A stretch of 59,119 nt of DNA, filler included, from Sphacelaria rigidula (Eukaryota), in the NCBI GenBank assembly GCA_964200075.2. It is 7 parts of 7 records of this genome, joined end to end, with 100 filler letters (N's around TTAATTAATTAA, not from the genome) between each part and the next. Parts side by side here need not be neighbours in the genome. Positions count along the whole stretch, not along the records: positions 50,761 to 59,119 come from CAXNAA020011399.1; 6 more parts are not named here. One strand, given 5' to 3'. The stretch's first letter is position 1, and each line of letters starts with the position of its first letter. Position numbers and translations under genes: made by a program. Shown here in pieces: positions 50,980 through 59,119 of this stretch. A model generated the notes under the pieces. It saw nothing but the letters and a program-made list of their open reading frames with translations. It was not told the DNA's origin and searched no databases.

Positions 50980-53430
50980 TTTTTGTCCGATATGTTCATC
51001 TACATCATCTCCCAGAACTACAAGAAGCGGGCGGGTCGCACCTCTATGGTGTGACTATTAGTACGTTTTCGTTCGCGACATTCACAAGACAGCACGTGTT
51101 CGCGAGTATCGACGGAAGGACCGGGTCACTCATAGCGTGCGTCGACCACTACAGTCGTTTTCATCACTCCGGCGTCCCCTTGCGTAATGTGCACCAACGC
51201 GAGCAGGCCAGGCACTGTACTGCGTGGAATAGCCAACTTACTTGGTGCCCAACTTACCTGGCGCCCTAGGTGAGGTATACCATAGAAGATCATCATTTTG
51301 GAACAAATGCTTTCTGCCTCTAACCTGTACCTTCGTCCTTTTCTCCAACATTAACTTCCCCCTGATGAGCTCAAGCCGGGAGTCCCGCTCTTGCAGCAAA
51401 ACTAGTCGCGGCTTGTTCATCAGAATCGCGCTTGCCTGCTCGAGAACGGTCTGAGGGCTACCTTTACCTGGTATCCGTGGCTCCTCAGGTGGACCCTCCC
51501 CCCCACCAGGGTCTTGGTCTAACTTCTGTTCAGCCTCTTGAATCGACGAACGAGTTACAGCGGCTCCCCAAGCCTCTGGTAACTCTGCTTCGTCTCACAT
51601 CGCAGCGAGCGTGCTCAAATCCTCATCCTCACCCTGGATATGAGTCAAGCTGAACAAAACTTCTGCTTCCACTTGATAGAACCGCCTTCATCATCCACGG
51701 GTGAACGAAATTAGCCACAATCTATGGCATAACATCGTTTTTTACCGGGGTGGTGTCTCGTAACAGTCGAGAGTAGTCGCAACGTTCACGAAATCGTTTT
51801 TTTCCAGCTGGACTGCTTCTTCCTATCCACCTACGTCTGCCTCATGGGGTTTGAACTCCTCGCGCCTTGGTTTCCCTGTCGTCAGCTGAGAACGAAATAA
51901 TCTGGGCGTCGGATTCTCGGAAGTATGAATCGCCTCGCCCTGTCCTGTCGGCACCAGAAAAATAAATACTTGTCCGCCCTACTCGATAACCCAACGTGGG
52001 GCAAGCGACGATGTACGTCTCCACGCGCTGCTTCCACGCTCGCAGTTGTCCTTCCCTCCGACGATCAGCTTTCAAGGCGACTACATAGGTCCGTCTCTTA
52101 AAATACGGTGCGCCCACCTGCGCGGCTGAGACTGAGGCCTGCTCAGTGAGACCCCCAGCTCCGCTCAACACGGAGCAACGAGCTCGTTCTCACCAGGAGA
52201 GCGCGCCATCACAGCAGTACTCTCCAAGATCAGCGTTGTCACAGAGGTTGATGAGAGGAATGACTCGACCAAATCTTTCACGACGCCGGCTGATGCTAAC
52301 TCCGGCTCGGCCCATTTGGTTGGTGCAACCCAACTTGTGTCCCCTACCAACTCTTGTGGTTGCACTTCTTCCACAAGGTTGTGGAAAGAACCGCGCCCCG
52401 GACTCGTATGTACCAGCCTGCCTCCCCTTTCCAATCTGGTTTACTCCAACACAATCCAACGCCTTCCAGTCCGCATCAGCCTATCACTTCTACGAACTCT
52501 TTGGCTGCCAAAATACTTCCTCTAGTTCCAACTGGAAAAATCCATTCGTTAAATCAACACTCGTACAGTACTTAGATTCTGCTAGCCCACCATACATGGT
52601 CTGAATATCCCTCAAGCTGCCACTGTATTACTCCAGAAGTTGGTTCAGTCCAAGATAATCGTGACATAGTCGTAAGCTACCGTCCGTCTTTCTTTCGAAC
52701 CGTGACGCAGGCGGCTGCCCATGCTAGCGTCGATCGAACGTAGCCCGGGACTAGCTTGCTAGCGAAACCTTCTAAGCTTACGTCCTCCGTTAGATGCAGC
52801 AGCCACTGCAGCGTAGTATCGTCCTCCCACGTCACTCCAAGATTTTTGCACACCTCATTTGATGCTGCTAGTTCGTTCCGACCAGACAACCTCCCCGTCG
52901 AGTCGTCACCGAGCGCGCTTGGCTTGACAGCACGGAAGAGGCCCAAAGTTGCCGACTCTCCTTGGCTGGTGAGGTGGTCGGTGTCGACAGCTCCGAGTTT
53001 TGGGGGATTGTTAGCCACGAACCATACTCATGGCGCCTCCGGCGAAGGCCGAAATCCCGATCGCCCTCCGAAAGATAATGTGCTCTTGTTTCTCCTGAAG
53101 AAGCTCGCTGCCGGAATAAATCCATATGGTAATCCATGGACCACCCGGACCCATACCTTTATTAACTTACCCTTTGTGCGAAAAAGAATAGGAATTATCG
53201 CTGACCCTAGAGTTTTTATCTGAGGCATCTCTTACTGTTACTAGGGTTAGCGGACCTCAAAATTCCTGCTCCCTGCCGTTGCAACTTATTTGCTATTTTA
53301 CCCCACGTTACCAACAACCTCCACCACTGTTTCGACGCATAGCTCCCCCCCTGCCCCGGTGCGACCATTGGCATGCATGATCATGAGTACACCCTGCCCC
53401 GGTGCCCAGTAACATCGTTACTGGTGAGCG
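50980..53430 (-). mobile_element. Decayed Ty3/Gypsy pol: protease - partial RT - C5 DNA methyltransferase-like domain - integrase zinc finger
   Basis: MLLGTGAG and VVHGLPYGFIPAASFF (PR); WAAACVTVRKKDG/LRLCHDYLGLN/SVDLTNGFFQLEL (RT); LAIPRSTVPGLLALVH..GDAGVMKT...YE*PG..DTREHVLSCECRERK (IN HHCC). Confidence 0.85.
51674..52500 (-). pseudogene. C5 cytosine DNA methyltransferase-like domain inside retrotransposon pol
   Basis: Ordered degenerate motifs: ADADWKALDCVGVN (II), ELVGDTSW (IV position, no PC), TLILESTAVM (VI), LSGAG (VII), VSAAQVGAPYFKRRTYVVA (VIII), AVQLEKNDF (IX), IVANFVHPWMMKAVL (X). Confidence 0.68.
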
Positions 53431-54415
53431 GTGGCTACTCTTGCTGTGGTGCCAAACTTCAGCTTGTACCCACAGCTGCTGTGCATCGTTCTTACTCGCT
53501 TCGGCTGAAATGGCGTTCGAAGGAGGGGTTGTAGCCCCGGACGGGTGAAATATTTGTATGCGTACCCATCGGGTTAGGTGGAACCTAGTCCCTAGATCGA
53601 TGCTACAGAGGCGGCGGCAGCGGCGGCAGCAGCTGAGCATGGAATATGTACACTGCTGGTTGCGCCTGGCTTAAGATGAACAACGTCAACGGAGACCCTG
53701 TTACTAGAAGTATCCGCTGAAGAAAAATGGAGGAAAGATCGGTTGTGCAAACCGTTGGTGGGGAGCACTAAGCAATTTCATTTGCGGCGCTTCAGCGGCG
53801 TTATTGTAAAAGCGCAAAAATACTGCTGTCATCGTCGTGGCGCAAAAAACTGCTGCAGTGGCGGACGCACGAAAGATTGATGCTGCTGAGGAGGTGCGAC
53901 AACCTTCTGCCGCGTGGGAGGGTGCGTCAACCTGCCGCTGCATGGGAAGGTGCTTGCACGGGAGGCTGTTGGACGGATCCCGCCGGGTAGAAGGGCTGGG
54001 CTCGAGGGTTAAAGGGGGTTTCACTCCTTTTTCACCGATTTGGGGTTGACTATGTGATAATCGACACGTTAAACCTGCACCCACGTGCCACATAGATGTA
54101 AAACACCGGTTGAACTAATTATGGATGATTCATTGCAGTGTATTACAATCTCCATGATTCGACAGTCACGAGGGCGGTGTCTGGAAGAAACATTCTCAGT
54201 CATCAACGACGTGAGAAACGATGAAACCAGTAACATGAATAGCAGCGCTTCACCAGTACAATGATAGCGAACAAACAAACAAAGGGGAAGGAGAACGAAG
54301 GGAACAGCAATATAATCGGACGAAACAGGTTCACGCGTGTGCATTCGGCCAGGGTATCACGTGTCGGGGACAGCCAGGTATAAATTCATGGACTCCCAAG
54401 GGAATTCTGACTCCA

Positions 54416-54760
54416 TGTCAACCTGTTCGGGCACACATGGGAAACTCCTGGCCCCTTATCAACCTGTTCGGACAGCATGGGAATTCCTGGATGCCTGTCA
54501 ACCTGTTCGGGCACACATGGGAAAATCCTGACCTCCTGTCAACCTGTTCGGACAGCATGGGAATTCCTGAATGCCTGTCAACCTGTTCGGGCACACGTGG
54601 GAAACTCCTGCCCCCCTGTCAACCTGTTCGGACAGCATGGGAATTCCTGAATGTCTGTCAACCTGTTCGAAAACATGTGGGAAATCCTGGATCTCTGTCA
54701 ACCTGTTCGCACGCACAAGGGAAACTCCTGGCCCCCTGTCAGCCTGTTCGAAACACATGG
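54416..54760. repeat. Minisatellite with alternating 41/39-bp units (~8.5 units)
   Basis: Core T(G/A)TCA(A/G)CCTGTTCG at 54416, 54457, 54496, 54537, 54576, 54617, 54656, 54696, 54737. Confidence 0.92.
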
Positions 54761-55080
54761 TCTTGACATCTTGAGCCTTCGTCCTCGCCCATTTTCCTGT
54801 ATGCAATCAAATCCTGCTTGTTCGCTGTATGGTGCAAGCATATACATATATACATATATTTGGTTCATACAACTTTCTCGTTCATCCATTCGATGTCTGG
54901 CTTGTATGGTAGCAACTTGCACAGTCTCCGCGGTAAACAGACGAATCGTGCATTACAAGCCAACAACGTTTTTATCAGATTATTTCCGGTTTAAATCTCG
55001 GCAAAGGAATGTGTGGTGTGTGGAACCCCTGGACTCTCAAGACCAGAAGAATGTAGCCCTGCCCCCGGGACGGTCATTGC

Positions 55081-55265
55081 GCGCACAGGTAGACGGTCAT
55101 CTTCGAATTGATTGTCGGAGCAAGCGCATGTAGACGGTCATCTTCGAATGGATTGTCAGAGCGTGCACAAGTAGACGGTCATCTTCGAACTGGTTGTCGG
55201 AGCGTGCACAAGTAGACGGTCATCTTCGAACTGATTGTCGGAGCGTGCACGAGTATAGACGGTCA
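55081..55265. repeat. 41-bp tandem repeat x~4.5
   Basis: GTAGACGGTCATCTTCGAA at 55089, 55130, 55171, 55212. Confidence 0.92.
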
Positions 55266-55656
55266 ACGGTAACCGACGGAGCATCAGTCTGGTGGCCTCA
55301 TGCAAACACATTAGCATGCAGCTTCACTCATAGCCGCTCAATCGTTGTTGCTCAGGGTTGATTATCACATTCATGAGTAGCTACATAGAAATTGACAGGC
55401 GGGCACCAACAATAATTGTTGAGGAGCAACTGTTGCACGCTTCATGCAGTCCTGTGACCCACCGCTGCGGGTAATTTTAATCGAAGAATAAATTATGGTA
55501 TGTTTAACAGTGCACCTGGAAACAAACATCCACATATTCACCGTCGGATGGTAAGCTAGAAGTGCGTGGTTGGGTTTGATCTCTTAGAACTGAAACAACT
55601 TCACATAACTCTCCATTTATTTTACGCATGCATGGCTCGCATAATCTCTTTCAAGA

Positions 55657-56425
55657 TATCTACCAAGGGCGCAAACGATCAAACAGGGGGAGCCACGTAG
55701 AGGTTACATTCATTTTCCATGACAATGAAGCATTTCGAGCCTTAATGATTTGCCCCTCCTGACCAGGGGGTAGGGTGAATACCTCATGTTTCGTTCATTC
55801 AAGCCTCGCAATTTATGTTCACGGCTAATCGGTACCGTGCCTGGTGGCATGTATGCAGACAGTATAACAGTACGGTTAGACAAACAGATTTCCGGGCATC
55901 ACCGGACGGCAGCGTAACAATGTCATTCTCTATCAGTTGCATACACGGTCATGTACGAGGTGCGGTTATTAGGTGCACACGGAAACAATCACCCATATAT
56001 TGAAAGTCGTGAAGTAAAGTCAAAGTACATGATTGGGTCTAATTTCTTCAAAATCGGAGCAGACATCACATAGCCCCGAAGTTCTCAAGAATGTATGACT
56101 CGCCCATACCCTTTGGAGCTATCCACCAAGGGTAAAACCATCAATCAGGGGGAACCACGTTGAAGTGACATTCAATTTCCATGATAATAACACACATTTA
56201 ACGCATCGATGATCTGCCCCCCCCCTGACCGGGGTAGTGTAAATACCCCATGTTGATTCAAGCTTCGCAATTTCCGTTCACGACGAATCGGTTCACATGG
56301 TATCGTACCTTGTAGCATGTATGCATAACCAGTATGGAATTACGCTCACACAAGTAGTTTCGTGAATTTGCAAAGCATGGAGTAAAACGACATTCTTTCA
56401 CACCGTTGCATACGTGGTCATGCAT
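55657..56425. repeat. Diverged tandem duplication, period ~464 bp
   Basis: ACCAAGGG..ATCAA.CAGGGGG..CCACGT..ACATTCA.TTTCCATGA..CCTGACC..ATTCAAGC.TCGCAATTT occurs at 55657+ and 56121+. Confidence 0.7.
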
Positions 56426-59119
56426 GAGATACTCGAGCAAGTGGTCCGCGTTCCAAAAAGTTTATACATTATGCCGTATGTACTCTGTACTAATTGTAGC
56501 CGACAACATCCCGATAGCCCTGTGTATCTCTTCTACAGGCAGTTCGTTAACTCCCATCAGCTGGTTGATATCGCGTTCAGTAGTTTCACTCAGGCCACAC
56601 TGCCATCACTACCTCATGTGTCCCCACAGTATATAGACTCGAATAAACAGTACAGTACACGGCAAAGGTTCTTCCGCATGCATAGTCCGACATTTCACAC
56701 GTGGACAGATAGCACCCTGTGGGGCGCACTGTGCAGGGTCCGTACAGGGTCCTCCACAGTCTTTGTGAAAAAACCCTGACAGTGAAATGCAAAATCTGTA
56801 CCCATCGCAGCGTTTTGATAGGGTTTTTTACCAGGGTTGGATTTGCAGCCCTGTGTAGGCACGTCAGCAAAGCCCTGCACAGTCATGTGGTAGTGGATTG
56901 GTGAAAAAGAACTCAATTGGTTTTTTCGAAAATTCCAAACATTTTGATACAAAATCTGTAAATGTATATATCTCCAATACCTTGTCCTCCTGTCCGACGT
57001 AAATTCCTCTTCACCCGATTTGAGTCGAGCGGGTTATTTTGGACAGCAGGTTAAGCTAGATCCAAAACAGATCCTTCTCTCGCCCGATTAATTTCGGCAA
57101 AGGAATTTATTTCGAACAGCAGAAGAAGCTGTTCAACATCGATCTTTCTTTCGCCCATTTTTGATATGATTGAAAAAGGATCTATTTCGAACAGCTCCTT
57201 TTGCTGCGCAAATCCCATGCACACTCGCAGATTCGGAATTTGACCGGCAGAAGAAGCTCGAAATAAATATTTTCTTTTCCCTCGAATTCATCCAGAGATT
57301 GGGGGAAAAGCAATTTATGGCAAGCAGCGTCAGCTGCTGGGCAAATCCCGCATACTGCATCGTCACCGACGCATGGGATCCGACACGCAGAAAACGTTGC
57401 TGACAGGTATTCATCTTTTTACCCCTGGGTCCATGTGTACATGGGCTGAAGGATGAATAGCTCTCAACCGATTTCGCTGAACAGAGATCCCACACGTTGG
57501 ATACGTGCGTATGTCCACACCTGTGCTTCGTGTGAAGCCCCTGGGAAGGTGGGAGGATGCCAGATGATCGGGTATACCTCGTCAATCTATCTACATTTTC
57601 CCCCAAACCCCGTCTTCCGTCGTCTACTAACACGAACCATGTTTAGAAAATATCACTTAATCATTCGCATATGAATAGTATATATATGTGGACCATCACT
57701 CCGTATATTTATCACCGCACACAAATCGAACATCAACGAAAGCACCCGCCCGCACAACAGTGTTATCATTCCGCCCAGCTATACCACCACAATCCCGCAG
57801 CAAAGAGCACGGGTTGGGCACGGGGATATAGACACATACATACACTGCCGTGCGGCGGGTGGATATGATGTATTCCTCATTGGTAGAAACTTGAGCACCT
57901 ACTTATTTCATGGTCGCGACATCGCGCGGCGACGACATACGCGGGGTGCGTATATACAGGCACGGGTGCGAAGAACAACAATCAGCCGGTCGCATATGGT
58001 ATGCATATACACACTCACCATCATATGCATGCTGCGGATCGCGGACGCACCGCGATATAACATACTGTAGTGCAGCATACAGGCCGCGCGGCCGATATGC
58101 TGCACGTTGTTCAAGTCCTTTTCACGTCGCACTATAGGTAGAGAACATACATATACACATTGCCCTGCGCTGTCTGTACTGTATACTTGTCCCCTTCCCT
58201 TTCACGCCCTACTTACTATGCTGCAGCAGCTGTGCGCGCAAATATATGATGTGGAACGGGCGTGAAAAACTGGAGTTCGTGATGGTATATAACACCCGCC
58301 CCATATATCAAAATAAGCTGCAGGCATCTATACATTATATTTATAGCCAGCCATCTGCAGTACATGGCGCCGCACGTATAAGCACGGCGGTATAGCGCAC
58401 TGTCCCGCATGCAATGGTATTGTACAGTCCAGTATAGTTTTTTGTTGTGAATATATATCCCGATTACGCAGTATGCGATAAGATCGATGTTTCATTATCC
58501 CCTGTATATTGTGTTAGTTTCGTCGACGCGGTACTACGGGGTTTTCATCAGGTGTATGCATGTATCAGCGAGGTCAATTGCTATCTGTTATCATGACATC
58601 AGCTGCAACAAAAGCTTGCGTGCAGTAAAGAGGACTTTAACAGCTGAAGCTGCTCACGAGCAAGTTCTTTCTCCACCCAATTTCAGGTGTCCTTGGTGGT
58701 GTACAAATTCCATCCGCGATATACAGTGTACATGGGATTGTCTGTACAGCTGAAGCTCTTCGAAATGGATCCTTTCTCAACTATATTCCAAGTTTGAAAT
58801 TAGGATTTATTTCGAACAGCAGCAGCTGTCCAAATTTCAGATTTCCATTACACTTGTGCCTCTAAAAACAATTCGGGGGATTTCAGTGTTATTGACACGG
58901 ACCTTCGAGGGCCGCCCCAAAAATCAGAAGTACAAAGAACTCGAACGATCCTTAACGACTACCACGCGTAGCTCCGTGTGTAGGACGAAAACTGTACAAC
59001 GACAGAGGCCCTGGATCGATTCCCTGTCCAACCTGGTCAGTTCTTTTTTCCGCCAGTACCTTGCTCCCGCAGCTGCATGTGAAGAGTAGTGTTTGTGCGT
59101 AAATACACTGCACAGCATT

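Noticed and set aside
54416-54760. CRISPR-like look (constant core with variable intervening sequence)
   Set aside because: Intervening parts are variants of each other, not unique spacers; eukaryotic context with no cas genes.

Overview
Eukaryotic, repeat-rich DNA. The intron style, the SINE family and the TE families suggest a brown alga or other stramenopile (inference). The window is not one locus: it is seven contigs of 8361/8360/8360/8360/8360/8359/8359 bp joined by identical 100-bp N44-TTAATTAATTAA-N44 spacers, so adjacency across spacers is meaningless. Contig 1 holds five exons of an Mx-like dynamin stalk gene with MITE-filled introns. The other contigs are mostly decayed mobile DNA: a CMC/Chapaev-like transposase pseudogene, an Ngaro-type tyrosine-recombinase retrotransposon, a chromodomain Ty3/Gypsy element lacking its integrase core, an RTE LINE, further Gypsy/Copia fragments, tRNA-derived SINEs, MITEs, hairpins and minisatellites. 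The most notable observation is a minus-strand Ty3/Gypsy pol remnant (about 50980-53430) carrying a C5 cytosine DNA methyltransferase-like domain between RT and integrase. All protein calls come from motif recognition by eye; no searches were run.
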